Positions 13,321-28,256 of a stretch of 64,000 bases of DNA are shown here, piece by piece. The position numbers and the translations under genes were made by a program. The DNA lies in the NCBI RefSeq assembly GCF_964355755.1, contig NC_092679.1, positions 6,044,201-6,108,200 on the forward strand, read 5' to 3'. This DNA comes from Antedon mediterranea. Taxonomy: Eukaryota; Animalia; Echinodermata. Numbering within the stretch: position 1 is the first letter of the stretch; every line of letters begins with the position of its first letter. The notes beneath the pieces were generated by a model that searched no databases, was not told the DNA's origin, and saw only the letters and a list, made by a program, of their open reading frames with translations.

Positions 13321-14105
13321 TAAAATTCCTGTGGTTTTGAAGGATGCACCTTTGTGCTAAGTGTGCCACCGATCTAAAGGTGTAATTCCAAATAAATAAA
13401 TAAATAAATAAATACAGTATAAACTAAACATCTTACATCAAAATATGTTTATTATCATACATTCTAACTATCAATCTATAATTTCCTGTATATTTTCATC
13501 TTTTAAAAAAATATCTAAACATTTTTATGATAAATTTGATGAAAAACGGTCTGAAGATGAAATTCATTAAATTTGCTTCGGAATTTATCTGAGGGCGTGC
13601 TTTTAGTAGAATTTCTGTCTTTGATTTGAAACAAATTTAGAGAATGCTTTTTTGGACAGTTTTGTAAATAAATAAATTTAGATCAATTTTATTCACAAAA
13701 TTCCTGCGGTTTTGAAATTATAAAAAGAACGTCACAGGATACAATTGCTTTATAGAAAAAGAGTATAATTTTTAGAAACTTTTAGTTGTTGGATAAATAA
13801 TGAGCTTTACTCACTGTTTACATTGTTTACTGAAGTGTGACCAGAATGACAAAGCTATAATGGTATAATGAATGGAAGGCTGAACAATCTCCCGCCAGCC
13901 TCTCAAACACAACCTCTGATTGGTTGATATCAATGGTCATAGAAAGGCGTGTATTAAAGGTGGTCTTTGAGCACATTTTATCTACCCAGTCAAGCGTGAA
14001 ATGAGAAGGGTGCTTTGGGCCTGTATGTAGTGTATTTAGTCATTGGATTAAGCCATCACTGCCAAGTGTACTTATACATAATACGGCCTTTCCCCTTTTT
14101 GGAAC

Positions 14106-14181
14106 ATGTCTTCCCCTGGGTCTATGTTACACCATAATCAACACTTCAACCAATTGGACAGAAGTCCCACTACTGACTATG
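14106..14181 (+). CDS. Candidate alternative first coding exon V6 (tier 1, phase 1)
   Basis: aacATG; MSSPGSMLHHNQHFNQLDRSPTTDY plus G; consensus donor GTAAGT at 14182; G+CA gives Ala into exon 21527. Confidence 0.65.
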
Positions 14182-15140
14182 GTAAGTCATTTTTCTAACA
14201 TGGTTGTTGAACCAAATCTCCCTGTCTCTTCATTATTTTGTTTATATTGAAGTGTACTGCTGCAGCTGCTATATAAATAAGACAATTTAGTTTATTTTTA
14301 TATTAGGGATAAAATGATGTAGTTATTGTAGCTTGATGTGTTTTCATACAACACAGAGGAGTTGTATGCAGGGAGTTGTAAAATAACAACTCCCTCACTC
14401 TATTATGACTTGGACTGTTTGGTATGCGAGTGTTTAGATCATAGATCACACCCTTGAGTGATTTATTGGGTTAACCATGGAGGTATAAAATTAGATCTAT
14501 GGGTTAAATACCTACCTTAACTTGTGTTCAATTATCCCATGTTTTAAAAGCTATTTTTTCCTAGAATGTACAGTTCTGTTCAGATTCTTCAACTTCAGTT
14601 CACCAATTATTTTGTCTTATAGCAATAATGTATTTATAAAACAAAGACAAAACCATTTATCTTTCTTGATTCGGGTAACAATAATCAAATAAGAAATGGG
14701 TACCAGTATACGTCAGAAATAACCTGGAAAACTATTAACACGTCATCATTTTTAGGACATTCATACAAACACTTACAGAAACTGTGCCATAATGTAAGCT
14801 CCAAATGATATGATTTAAATTCAATTTCAAATTCTTTATCTGAATTGAAGTACCGAAGTAATAAGTTTCCCCACTGTTTTTAATATATAAAATTCATTCA
14901 TCGCTTTTAGTCCGTTGTTCATTAGACAAAAGACAAATGGCACATGTGTTTAGTTGATTAATTAAACCATGTTTAATAATCCAAACCAACGATTGGTCCA
15001 TCACTGGCAGGATATGCAGATTAAATGCAGAGTAAATTGGCGGGTAACTTTTTTTTTTGGATTATTAATATTTTGGAAAAATCTCAAGGTACTGTATTAT
15101 AAACAGTAAATTGCAAATTGAACAATAACCTTATTTTTAA

Positions 15141-17617
15141 AGATGTATTGTCCCCCTAAAAATGAAAAATAAAGATTAAAAAAATCTAATTTTGAATAGA
15201 CTGTTTTGTAGTTAACATAAAGTTATTCACTTCCACCGAAAAAAAATCCGAAAAAAATATTGATTTCGCTTATAAAAAAATCAAAATAAGTTTACCATTT
15301 TTTCGAACTCATCGGCTCAGAAATTAGGCCGGTAGAGCTAACTCATACATATGCATGATATGTTAATGAGCATCCACACAGCAGAGATCTGATCTAACAA
15401 TGGACGATGCACGTTGTATGTACACAACAACACCACCAGAGATCGACGCGACTCGACTGTGGGTTTCCCTGGCATGATCGTATAAATATGTAAAGTTTTT
15501 TTTTTTAAAGCTGAGCTGTTAATGTGTCGGTAAGTAGGCCTAGACGGTTATTTTAAATATAATAATATATATAACGCAATAATAACAGGAAGGTAAATTA
15601 ATTAACTTAGCCTGGGATTTTTTCAGTTCAGGGCTAGCCTAGGCTAGAATAATTAATACATGCTGCTGCATATTATTAGGCTAGTAGCAAGCACACTGTG
15701 ACAATCGGGTCCCTGCAGAAGATGCCCAGCTAGGCCCTATACATTGTACTCTTCATAGACTGGCCTAGGCTATATGCCATCAATCTTAACTACATTCCGA
15801 AAATACAGCCAGCTTGCTGTACCATATATATTTACAGTTGAAGTTTGTTTAACTAATTTTTATGATAAAAATAAAACAAACATTTTTCAGGGAAAATGGT
15901 TGCAATACAAGCCTGAAATTGAGAACCTTCCAGCAGCACAGACAGTACAAACAAGTAGACAGAGGGGAAAAGCCAGCTTAGCCATTTTACAACACAAACA
16001 AATGTTCTCTGTACTGTAGTAAGTCAAATATTTATTTTCTCTTTTTATAAGTTATAACATTATAAGTAATGTGTTTTAATTACCATAGAAAGGTAGTATA
16101 CTTATTTGACTATGTCAAAGTAAGCAATTTCACTAGCCCAATTTTGCACTAAATATGCATGATCTATTTTTTCCAGATTTTCATACTTTGCTTTTACTTT
16201 TTTTAAAGACGTTGAGCTGATGAAGACTGGAACAGAGGTCACCCAAAGACAACAATGATAGACTCGGTATTGGAATATGATTGGATATTGCAGGAAAAAT
16301 ATTTCTGACTCTCCTGCTGCATTCGGCCAATATGTTCTTGTCCAGCTTGTAAAATATTGTATAATTTTTTTTGTATTATATGTACAGTATATTATTTTGT
16401 AAACATAACATTCAATAAATAAAAAAAAACTACTACAACAGTACACAGGATAAATTCTTCAAATTTACTTACACTTCATAATTTTACTGTAAATATTACA
16501 GTGCAAAAGGAGTTAATAAAATATATATATACAGTATATCTTATTGAATTCCTGTATTGTTTTTTGTGTCAATTTGTCTACTAATTATCAATGTGTTGAT
16601 TGTGGCAGTAATTACGACAGCTATATAGTCTTCTAAGATCGCTCACATCCATTACAAAGTGTCATTTTAATAGTAAGAAACGTTTCAATAAATTGTGAAT
16701 GTTGCCACTGTACGATACATTTTGTTTCTCACTACTTGCTCTTATTGTTCAATCAATCAACCTAAAAAAAAAAAAAATTTGTGTCAAAATATCTGCATAA
16801 AATGTTTATTTGCGGAATGTTAATTTGAACCTATTGCATTTGATACAGAAAATATTTTTAAAATATTGCATCAGTAAAACATCCAAAACAATATTTAGAT
16901 TTTCTTTTTTTTTAATTTTCACTGCCGAATAGATAGTTGAAATCAACCAATAAACCAATTCATCATGATAGAAACAAAAATACATCCCTTCTGGTGGTGG
17001 TCTACTGTAGCCCTAGCTAGCAGTGTACTGCCTAGGCCTACTACACTCTACTTCTAGAGACAGAAGTAGGCAGCAGTTAGGCTACTCGAGACTGTCAGTG
17101 CTAATAGTAGTAGTAGACTAGTAGTACAGTAGCAGCAAATTCGGGCCTAGGCCTAGCTAGGCCTCTCCTGTTAGCGAAACAAAAACTCCTCAAATGAATA
17201 AGATTCAACATCAAAGTTACCAACTGTAATTCTAACTTAGCATTCTGCTAGCTGTAGTTTTCTTCAAGCAAGATTCGTCTCGCATCACCACTCGACTCTC
17301 TCGCACGCATGCATTGCATGCTATCGTTGTTGGCTGTTGATTTGGAAAGCATCATCATCCACACGATGTATCCATACAATATGAATATTTATGAGCTAAC
17401 TCAGGTCAAGGGTTAAATTAAACCGGAACACATTTGTCTTCCAGACAAATAGCTTCCGGTTGGTTAATTTTTGCATTAAATTGCGATTTTCCCGTGTAAA
17501 AAATTATTTTTTTCAATCCAAATTGAGGTCAAAGTGAATAACTTTTATGTGCAATTAAAATGGCCTATTCAACAAAAATATTGAAAATTTTTTTTTTTTC
17601 AGGGGGACAATACATCT
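15141..17617. mobile_element. Non-autonomous Kolobok-like DNA transposon
   Basis: Perfect 17-bp TIR AGATGTATTGTCCCCCT / AGGGGGACAATACATCT; TTAA on both sides; no long ORF. Confidence 0.85.
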
Positions 17618-17690
17618 TTAATTTAAAGCCCCAGACAAAAAAAAAAAAATATTCTAAAGTTATACAGTACTTCGTATTAAAAACAATCAT

Positions 17691-18057
17691 AGAGTGTCAC
17701 AGTGTGACGTCACAACGATAGAGGGCGCTGCATGGTTGCAAGCCAACCAAAAAATGCGTTCAGCGCTACTATGTTCATAAACAGTAAAGATCTGTATTTC
17801 TATCAAATTATGTATCTTAGCTTGTTGTTTTTAACTGTAGTTGAAGAATTAATAGATTATTAAAAACAAATAGTGATCTGTTGAAATTTTAGTTTGTTTT
17901 TATTGAGAATTATTATATTTTAAAATTACTACTTCAATAAAGCCTATTCCAAACCATTGGTGACTTTGGAGTCACTCACTCACTCCGAACGCATTTTGGT
18001 TGCGCCAGCAACCACGCAGCGCCACCTACTGTCGTGACGTCAGCACCGCGATACTCT
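17691..18057. mobile_element. MITE with imperfect terminal inverted repeats of about 70 bp
   Basis: AGAGTGTCACAGTGTGACGTCAC...GGCGCTGC.TGGTTGC...AAATGCGTTC mirrored by GAACGCATTT...GCAACCA.GCAGCGCC...GTGACGTCA...ATACTCT. Confidence 0.75.
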
Positions 18058-21000
18058 TTACTGTATATAGTTAATAATACCTTAAAATGTATGATACTAT
18101 AAGTAGTCCAAACAAATTCTGTACTCTCACATGTTACATAAGATACTTCTCATTTCTCCTTCAATGTTTTTTTGAAAAATTAATTATTTAATATGATTAT
18201 CATTAATTATGGTCACTCACATCTGTTCAAATGTATACCCACTTGTCAATGCCTACACAAGGACTTCACCTATTATGTAAATGAAAATAATAGAGTCCAC
18301 TACTAATTAAAAATTATAATTATTTACTACATCATTAGCAGTTCCATGTTGTTTTAACTGGTGATATCCATAATTATTAATTAACATATTTAATTGTCAT
18401 TATATAAAATGAACTTGAAAATTGGATATTGAAATGAATGAAGGTTTAGTACCGGTACCATTATTTAACATAGTTCGGAAATAACAAATTAAGTTGTAAA
18501 AGTTACCTTGATAAATCAGCCCACATAGTTTGATTTTTACAGGTACTGTGGTACATTGTTGTACTGTTACCAGTATAAAATGACTTATTTCAAGATTGAA
18601 CATCAGTATTATGGTGTGTAAAACAAGTGCTAAACCAATCTACCTTTAATGTTGAAATAAATTCATCTGGTTTCTGATTGTTGAGAATTTTTCTTTGGTG
18701 TTTCACCAAAAATTTTTCCTGGAAAATTCTCAAAAAACCACATTATAATTGCAATAGTATACTTTAATTTGAAACCTTTATGTGATATATTAATAAATTA
18801 ACACCTTTGAAAATGAATGTCATTTCAACATGTTACCACTCACTAATGACCTTAGCAACCCACACATTCATGTAACATATGGTACTTTGTGATAGTATAC
18901 AACTGGAGGCCTATTGTAAAGCTTGAACATATAGGCCTACAGTTTAACACTCACATGGGTGTTATGGTCTGGTCATACTGTATTTAAGAACCATGTTTTT
19001 CCACATATTTTTCCAACATCTATATTGAAAAACACATTTTTAATTGGCTTTCCTAAGTAATTTAATTCAATGTTCTATTTTATAGCAACAAACAAAGAAT
19101 ATTTATGAAAAGAAAGTATATTGATTCTGATATTTTTTTAAAATGCAATGAACAATTGAATAGAAATAAAATTAATAAAATGAAATGTTATCTTTATGTA
19201 AGTTTAATATCAATAATAGATTACTTTTAGGGGACATTTTATATTATAATGTCAAAATTATCAAGTAAAATGCAGAAAAATAGTTTTATATTAGAGACAA
19301 AGTCTGAACAATCGTTGCGTTTTACACAATTGATAAGGAAGTATTATACTGTATATTATTATATATTATATTATGTATTCTGTACATAACAATAGTTTAA
19401 AAAACTAAGCTTATACTCCAATAGTTGGTACTATAGTAGTAGACAACAATATAATATTTTATCTAAATATGTAAGTTTAAATAGTAAAAGAATCTTTTTA
19501 TATAATATCAAAAAGGTTAAATGGATAATCCTACTATGGAATGTACAAGATAATCCTGTGAAATCGTGCAGTTTGACTGCAAAATCCATTTATGATAATT
19601 ATTCTACTTATAATAATCTGAGTTAATATTTAAAGAATGAATGAAATATCTGTAGGAGTAGTACTGTATACTGTACAGTGCTGTAATAGAATACACTTCT
19701 TATTCTACAGATTCAATATACCACCGTAGGATGACTAAGTTACATATGATAAAATTGGTTTATATATCGTTTGGAAGGTGGGCCCCCTTCATTGTGGCAC
19801 ATTCCTATTCAACTTCAACTTCAACTTTATTTTCCAAATAATATTTTGTTTTACAATGATAAATAATATTACATTTTAAAACATAAGGAAGGAGCTAGAA
19901 AATAGTGTAAACACTAATCAAGTCCAGCCCCTCTTACATAAATTATACTAAATTTTTACAACTATGGGCAATAATAACACAGGCCTAAAAATAAAAACTT
20001 AATAAGTTAAAACAATCCCATTTATATATTTTAAAATTTAAATATTACTGCACTTTTTCATAAATAAAATAAATAATTATATTCAGGAGAGCAAACTACA
20101 ATAACGCTACAGCCAACCTTTATTCAGAAGCAAGAGGACACCAGTAAGGGGACATTTGTGTGTCACAAAGGTGTCTCTTAGCGGTTATATTACATTTACA
20201 GTGTACATTATCAGCTATCTGTACCAGGCAATTTAAATATATTGTGATTGTTTTACTGTTTGAACTTCAGCCAGTCTGGAAACTTATCTTTACATTGTCT
20301 TTGTTCAAATCAACCTGTAATCTAAATATTTCATAATATATTTCAAATGATCAACATCCTCAATAGCTTGTGTCATTTCAAGAGGTTTATGATGACATTA
20401 TCGTCATGGTAATGACCTACTGTAGTAATGACCTGCTAATAGACATTGTCCCATGGTGGAGGTGTCATTACCTTTGATACCATATGGTCGTTGAACGTCA
20501 TAAATATGTATTCAACGTTTATTTGATGTCTGTCGTCAGATACCCTATTGCATAATATTAAGGACAAGTGGAATGGTTTTTAAATGAAACAATACAATAT
20601 TTGGTAGTTAAAATACAATACTAATAAGTTAGTTTATATTTATAATTTATATTTTAGAAACCTGTTATCCTAATTCAAATATACAGATTGTATTACGATT
20701 ATCATATAATACATATTTGTTGTATGTAATTGTATGAATTATGAGGAGACGATGATATGATGAATATTCAATGTGTTATTTTGTACATACGTCACAAGTC
20801 ACAATTATTATTAAACAATAATTATGTTTACATAATTATCAACTTAAAATACTAAAACAGAAAATGTTCTACATATCATTATGGAATATTAATTATAATA
20901 CAATGTTAATAATAAGTTACACTCATTAACTTGTCGCAACTTATTTTATAGGATTTAATTTTTATGTTAATTATTTACTAAAACATACGTTTATCTTGCT

Positions 21001-21526
21001 AATTGCTATTTTAGTTCGTACTTTAATGAATAAATTACAGACTTACATTAGTTAATGATGCGTGACAGTTTTGTCATAAGATATAGTACAATGGCCTATA
21101 CCTTCTATTAAATTCTATTACGTTATAGTATACTTGATCACAGTGCATGAATTTAGTTAAACCCTATTTGTATACTGTACTTTGACTCTTATCCAAAAAC
21201 TACTAAACTGGCACAATGGTACAGAAGGAGTCTGGACTGAAGGGCATAAGTTCAGACAGTCGCCAGCTAGTTTATCCTTACTTTCAATCTCATTACTTTC
21301 TTTCTCCATCCTTTAAATGGCAATAATGTGCATAAAAGTAACATTTACATGAAAAAAAAAGAGTACAGCCATCAAGCTAGTGTGTAGAACAGCTCTATGT
21401 GGCTCCCATGGACATACTGTAATAGGGTGTAATTCTACAATACGGGCATTTTTTTTATTCTTACACATAATAAAATAGTTATCATCGATGCACAACTAAT
21501 ATATTTTTCTTGTTCGTTTTTTACAG

Positions 21527-21866
21527 CACCACTACCAACTTATTTACCACCACCAATATATGGCAATAAACCACATGACAACAAGCTCCACGACCCAAAC
21601 CACCACTATGAAGAACTACCCAGCCCCGCCATGGTTGAAACAATGATAGCTTCAAACAACGGACCTGTAAGACCACCAAGCAGTGCCCCAACAGAGACAT
21701 ACGATGATGCTCGTGACAGCGGATGCTCACAGTTCTCGCAACCGGAAGCTGATCAGCAGATGATGCAACTCGACAGACTTGATTCAGGTTTTTCAAGTTT
21801 TACCGGAACAAGACTACCACTGACGCAGCAACAGCTAAAACCAAGCGTAAAACAGATGAATCCAAG
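21527..21866 (+). CDS. Internal exon (phase 1 to 2): Pro/Ser/Tyr-rich cytoplasmic region of the type II membrane protein
   Basis: Polypyrimidine tract plus TTACAG acceptor; only one open frame (PLPTYLPPPIYG...HHYEELP...DSGFSS...KQMNPR); donor AG|GTATGG; phase matches exon 34329. Confidence 0.75.
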
Positions 21867-24589
21867 GTATGGTGTAGCCACACAATTTATTGATTTTATA
21901 CTAATTTAATGTAAACCCACTGTCTGTTCTTCCTAAAATTGGCGAGTAAAACATTCCTCATTGGGCAACTTCAATCTTACAAAAAAGTAAATAAGGTACA
22001 GTAAGGCAAATGTATTAGTTGTAATACTGTATGGGAATTTGAGAAAACAGAGGATTCAGTAGAATATTAGTATTGAATATAATAACAATACAGTACCTAA
22101 AGAAATTGTTATTGGTATAGAAATATATTACCATTTTTTTCGAAAGACATTTCTTTTTTTTAAAGTCTGTTTAATTTCATAAAATATTTAGTAATTAAAA
22201 GAAATGTTCTTTTTTTATTATTATTTTGTTTGAAAGAAATAAATGTTAAATTGAATTGAATATATCTATGTATACAAACACACAGAAGAGAATGATAACA
22301 TCTTGTATAAGGCTGTGAAAGATTCAACTGGCTCGAAACCGAAGAATAGATGAGTTTATGTCTTGTCCTTCACCGCATATATGGAGTTTCGATTCAACAG
22401 TATAATATTCCAAATTTATGATACTTTAGTAGTTTCATATTAATATTGCTTCCTATTGCCCAGGGCCACTTTCTTGTCTCTTGTGTGTTCTGACCCATTA
22501 AGATTAACCAATTATGAGTGGTCAAGGCTGATTGACTGGTCAAGAAACGTTTCCTCCGTGCAATTAAGTACAGTACCCTGGCATATGTCTGATATAAATA
22601 ACAGAAAATCAAAATATTGTTAAAAATTTATATTTCATTTTTTGCCACTTCTATCAATTCTCCTTACATTACATGGCAGTAATACAAACAAAATGATATA
22701 ATACAGTTTCAAAAATATAATATAATATACGGCATGAGGATGGTACTGTACACTAACGTGGCAAAAAAAATTCATATTTAATTTCTTTGACTAATCTTGA
22801 CGCATCTTGAATGACTCAGACCACAGTATAGGTATTAAGTGTAATGTTCTTAGTCACTGTGACAAGAATTTCAGTGTTTTGAACTGCACTGTTATATGGG
22901 TCAAAAGGCTGTGCTTTTATGGTTTGATCATATTATCTTTCAGCATTAAATTAATATATCTCTAAACAAACTTTTTTTTCACACTGCTGCTCTAGCCCGC
23001 TACGTCACATGAGATAACTCATTCATTAGATGAAATCAAGCAGCAGTATAGTACTACATTTTGACATTTTTGTTAAAATGGAAACTCGACTATAATTTAT
23101 AGGTACCACCTGTTGAATCCAAAAAACTGCTGGGAAAAAAGTCTAATGACAAATCCCAAAGCATTTCTGGTATTTATGAGTCCCATGATATTACTATAAT
23201 TCACTGTCAGATAATCATTGAATTATTATCAAAACAGTCCATTGAAGTTTTTGTTTGTAATAGGATACTTGAAGTATCTAGGCTTGATGAAGTGACCCCC
23301 AGACTTGACCTTAGCAATAACAATAAGCGAGCAGCGTTTTTTGTAAGAAATATTCTTGTTCAAAGTTGAATTTACATAATTTTGCACGCACTTTGAAACA
23401 AGTGAGCATGTCTGTTTTTTGCCTCAAATAGCTACACAGTCTGGTGCCACATTAAAACAAAAAATACTCGCACCTGCAGCTATTTGGATACTGTACAGTT
23501 TATCCATGGAGGTAAAAATAAATAATTTGTTACCTCCATGGTTTATCTGATTATTGAAGGGAAAGGCTGCCTTATTGATGCTATAGCCACTAGCCTCAAC
23601 AGCTATTATAGTGTGGCTATCTGGTCTCTCCAGGAGACTTGAAAATATTGTATAAATAAAGTTCCTTTCCATCAACCCCTTGGACCTTTTCTAAACTTCC
23701 TATACAAAAACATCTAAATTATTTAAAGAATTTGTAGGTTTCTCAAGAATGTAGGCCAATGTCCATTTAATCCTTTCTCAAATAATTAAGAACTTCTTAA
23801 CTATTGTTTATACTGCTATTTTAGGTTTCTTTGAAGTTCAAGTTCGTTAAAACAAAACAAAACATTCATACTGATTGAAGGCCATTTTTACTACAAATAT
23901 CCTTGCTGCTAAAACTCCCAACAGCAGGCCATTGAAGGAGTGGTCAGCTAATCCTTGACCACTTCCCATATCAGACATCTAATGTTTGCTTTTAAAATTC
24001 AAGCCAGTCTTGAGAAGTTTATTATTGGTTTATGCTGAAATTAAATACTGTATTCTTTTGTTATTATTTTAATTATCTTGAAGGATAATTTGTATCATTA
24101 AATTAAGTCTTCAAGTAAAAATAGTACTGTTTAATTTTCCAATTAAACACTTCCTTAAAAAAATTAGACACCATGCCTGTAATCAATAAAGTACAAGGTT
24201 CACGATTGGTCAAAACCTGTTTAAAGCACTAGGTATGTGATTGGTCAAAAGCACTTATTTAAAGGTCATGAAATACTACATTTAGGACACTGCCTTGCTT
24301 ATTTCTTACTACTGTACATAGTAATTGTAAACTCTTAATTTTTACCAACTTACTGTACTACTGTATAATACGTTTTCCATGATTTTGTTTCCCGGTTTAA
24401 AAATAAAAAAATTCATTTTAATCAATAATGTTGTAGGAAATGTAGATCTTAGTTGTTCAACATTTTTCTTATTTACTGACATTACCAAAACAAAATTTTG
24501 GTAATTGAAAGTTCATAGTTTGCAAGACATTGTTCTTCTACCGCCGGTGAAGAATGGCTAAAATGGCGATTACTGTATAATTTTTTGTT

Positions 24590-24907
24590 TTATCTTTATA
24601 CTGGGTGACCTCTTCAGTCAAAGACTGATCTCCCAGAGGGCCCAGTTGGTGATCAGTGGCTGTGATGTACTAATACTGTTGTACTAATACACCGGGGTAA
24701 CCCCCTACTCGTCTCGAAAGATGTACTAGGTTCTTTAAAGTGCACACGAGCAAGTTGTGTACACTGGACCTACGGTTTATAGTCCTTATCCGAGAAGACT
24801 TGTTCTACCACCAGAACCATGGAGTGAGTGAGCCTCGAACCCCTGCCGATGTTATGGCTACGTGATTATGGTTCCACTGTCTTAACCGCTCGGCCACTCA
24901 CTCACTC
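24590..24907 (-). mobile_element. tRNA-derived SINE with Deu/Nin-like central domain
   Basis: Minus strand: A box TGGCCGAGCGG, B box GGTTCGAGGC, then CTTCTCGGATAAGGACTATAAACCG...TTAAAGAACC...GAGTAGGGGGTTACCCCGGTGT; second copy at 43656-43904. Confidence 0.8.
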
Positions 24908-25109
24908 AATTATTACCTGAATTGTTTATGAGGACTTCGGACAGGGTCCGCTGCTTTTAGCCATGCATACACTAATTGTATATCTTTTAAGTAGTTATAT
25001 AAATTGAGTACAACGTCATAGTTGACTGAACATGGTTCATTGTACCTTATACTTATTCGCATGTGATACAATACTTTGTATTTATTTAGATCACACACCC
25101 ACTAAAATA

Positions 25110-25690
25110 TCAAGACCTAGTACATTCTTTCCCATTCATTTGATGTCTCCAGCTATGAGATGATGCAGCAATTAGTATTGTAGAATACTTACAAAATATT
25201 TACAACCCTGGAAAATGCATAATCACCAATGATGGTTCATTATACTGTAGGCCTTTTACCGACATTTCAAACAATGTGTCTGGCTTTCTGATTTTAACAC
25301 ACCCTCTGAATTCATTACAGTACCATTCATTTGATGTTTCTAACTATGAAACAGATCTTTTGTACAATAGGCCTACAGAATGACAGTAATCAGTACAATG
25401 ATGGTTTAATTGTATTATTAACAAAGGTTTCAAACAAGGTTTATTTAAATAACAAACCCTCCAAAATGTTAAAAGCTAGGCACATTCTTTACCATTCATC
25501 TGATATCTCCAGCTATGATCCAGAACTCTTGTACAATACTTGTTATTAAGAAAATCACACAATTTCTGTAATAACACCCTGGAAAGTGCATTCAAGTGCT
25601 AATAATGATTGTTCATTATCTTGATCCAACATTTCAAACATGGCTTATATAAAATAATACTCTAAAGTGTCAAAAGCTAGACACATTATA
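25110..25690. repeat. Old degenerate tandem repeat (period about 180-200 bp)
   Basis: CCATTCAT.TGAT.T.TC.A.CTATGA recurs at about 25133, 25323 and 25493; ACCCTGGAAA.TGCAT occurs twice. Confidence 0.55.
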
Positions 25691-27196
25691 TTATATTTTA
25701 TTTATGTTAAAGGAAAGTCTTTAAACAGTGATTGGGTTCGCTTTTGACAATCCTGGCTTTTATATATATTTTTATGTATTCTGTTGTAATTGTAATGAGC
25801 CGATATTGAATAAATCAAACCAAATTATATTCTATTATTCATGTGTCTAGAATACCTGAATAGAATGTCTTTTTATAGATTGAGTTTGAAGTTGATGTTC
25901 TTATTTTTAATGACTGTACTCTGTATTAAACAGATATCAGAAGCGGATTACAATTCTATATTTAGAAGCGGTTACGTTTGACTATGTTACCAATTGTATT
26001 TGTAGATTTTTATTACATGATCGAATCAGAGTGCATTAGTGATCTCCTAGAACACCATAAAACGCATTATTTCCGAAGGGCCCTGGACTCCCCAGTGTAT
26101 TTGCTCACTACAATCGTATGTGCCCTCCACCAAAATAATCCTGGATCCGCCCCTCTGGATTAGGATGAAATTTAATTTGAGCAAATTCGTAATTATTCGA
26201 TAAAAACGACAGAGGGAGGCATACCATTGTTTTAGTAACATCTAACGTTTGAAATCAATACCAGATCAATACCATGCATAATCCCACACGTTATTAAAAA
26301 TAAATTTTCTCTTGTGGGGTTATTAATTTTAAATCATTTACGTTTTTGGATCTCTTATGATATTAACTACTCAATCGATAAAATCATTTAAATCTTAAAA
26401 ACTCATTTTATCATTAATCAAAAATTAACAGATAGATTACATATCAATAAAATAATCCTATGAGAATATTTCTAGGCGGTATTCAGACATACCGTCATTT
26501 TGGAAGCATCCCCTACGAAGGTTTGTTTAACAGAGTGTCCCCAGGATATTTTTTAGATCATTATTTTCAAATAAAATAGAGGATAATATCTTGTACTTGA
26601 TTAGCAACAAAGAAATTCAATCAATTAAAGGGAAAGCGCATAACCTTTTTTATTTTTTTTTAAAGTTGGCTTTGCTACCTATCCTAATTTACTGCAGTAA
26701 TGATCCTCTTTATAAATTCATACAGTATTTTGTAATACTGTTTAATATCTTTTTTCAGCTGGTTCATTTTCATTACTAGCCTAAACGTTTTGTAGCTGAG
26801 AAGAATAGGACTGATTTTTAAAACATAAATTGTAAATGAATCTATAATGAGTAATTGTAGGCTAATGTTAAAAAGTAAGTTCTCTCTTGTTTACCCATTC
26901 TACATCCTAAATCCACAATGAGCTTTGTTCATACAATTTATCCAACCTTTCTTAAAAGATTCCAAAGATAATTTTTAAGACCATTTATAAACTAATTAGG
27001 CTGCCTTATGGAGATGGAATCAGTTTGATTAATTTACCATTGGGCATAAATTGTAGGATTAAACTGATTTAATCGCAAACTTAGGGTCATGGAAACGCAA
27101 ATAAAGATGTAACGATAATGAAAAACAACAGAGAACATTCAGAATCTTGGTGATGCGTAATAGTTTTAGAGGCTACAGTGATTTACAGTTAGAATA

Positions 27197-27414
27197 ATGA
27201 ACTGGAACAAAAGGAACCTTCCGCTACCGGACTACCATCCTAATGTGTATTGTACAGGCTTTACTTTCAACCACGAAGATGCACCAGTATACTATACTGC
27301 AGGCTTTAATAAATTCAGGAAACCAGCAAACTACAGCAGATGGGAAGAGTCTAACAGCACAAGAAGGGCTCAGCAGGAAACAGTACCACCCCTAGCAAAT
27401 CGCCAGTCCTTACA
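27197..27414 (+). CDS. Candidate alternative first exon (or phase 1-to-2 cassette starting at 27189) V7, Tyr-rich
   Basis: ORF MNWNKRNLPLPDYHPNVY...ANRQSL ends CA|GTAAGA (phase 2); CA+A gives Gln into exon 34329; the upstream TTTACAG acceptor at 27188 is phase 1. Confidence 0.65.
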
Positions 27415-28245
27415 GTAAGACTGTTACAATTATGTTTCTACCATGTCTTCTTAAGACATTTAATTATTGACCTCGTGCCTAAATTAGTAATGATAATGGT
27501 TTTGTTTCTAGTAACCAGACACATTTTTGTTTATTGCAAAACTGTTTTTTTACATAGAGATGTCATAGGTCAGGTACAGGTAATACCAACATTCTTGAAA
27601 CTTGGGTATAGAGACAATATTGTATATTCCTTTGCACTTCTAAATGGCACTGATATATAAATGTGTTTGTGTATCGTTGAACTTTTGGTGTTATGTTACT
27701 GCTTATTGGAAAATCTTCGAATCAAAAAGCATTGTTCAATGTTAGTTTGCAGAGCTCGGTTCTCTTATATAAAAGTGCATGGACAAATAAACATTAGCAA
27801 ATGTTTGGCAAATAATGCTATCTCAAAATTGTCACCTCTGGCCTCTGCAGGATATTGTATTCACCTACTTGGTGTAAATTACAAGCTAACATTTTAGTGC
27901 ATTATAATATATCATTAATGTTGAACATTTATTTAAAGATACTTTGCAGCATCATTTTGCACTACAGTATTATTTGTTGTCATGCTAATTTGAGGTAAAA
28001 TTTGGCAAGTCATAAAACTCTATTTTCAGTTTTGTTTATACAAATACTTTACTTTCATCAAAATTGAATACAACAACAATTTAAGCACTTTGGCTCTTTT
28101 ATATTTAAATACCTTTTACCACAAAATTCTTTAGAACGTCGTCAAATACAAATATTTAACTTTTTGAATAAAAGTTTTAGAATTTAGAAACATTTTTAGA
28201 TTAGTTATGTTCAGAAGAACTGCCTAAATTCATACTCATACGGAC

Positions 28246-28256
28246 ATGGCGCCAAG
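28246..28256 (+). CDS. Candidate alternative first coding exon V8 (tier 2, phase 2): MAPR
   Basis: gacATGG CGCCAAG|GTAATG; good Kozak context. Confidence 0.5.

Noticed and set aside
23103-23369. Two exon-like segments (23103-23169; 23264-23369 as a possible phase-2 terminal exon giving a TM-less isoform)
   Set aside because: Acceptors are plausible, but the reading frame is ambiguous and they are not needed for a consistent gene model; unresolved without transcripts.
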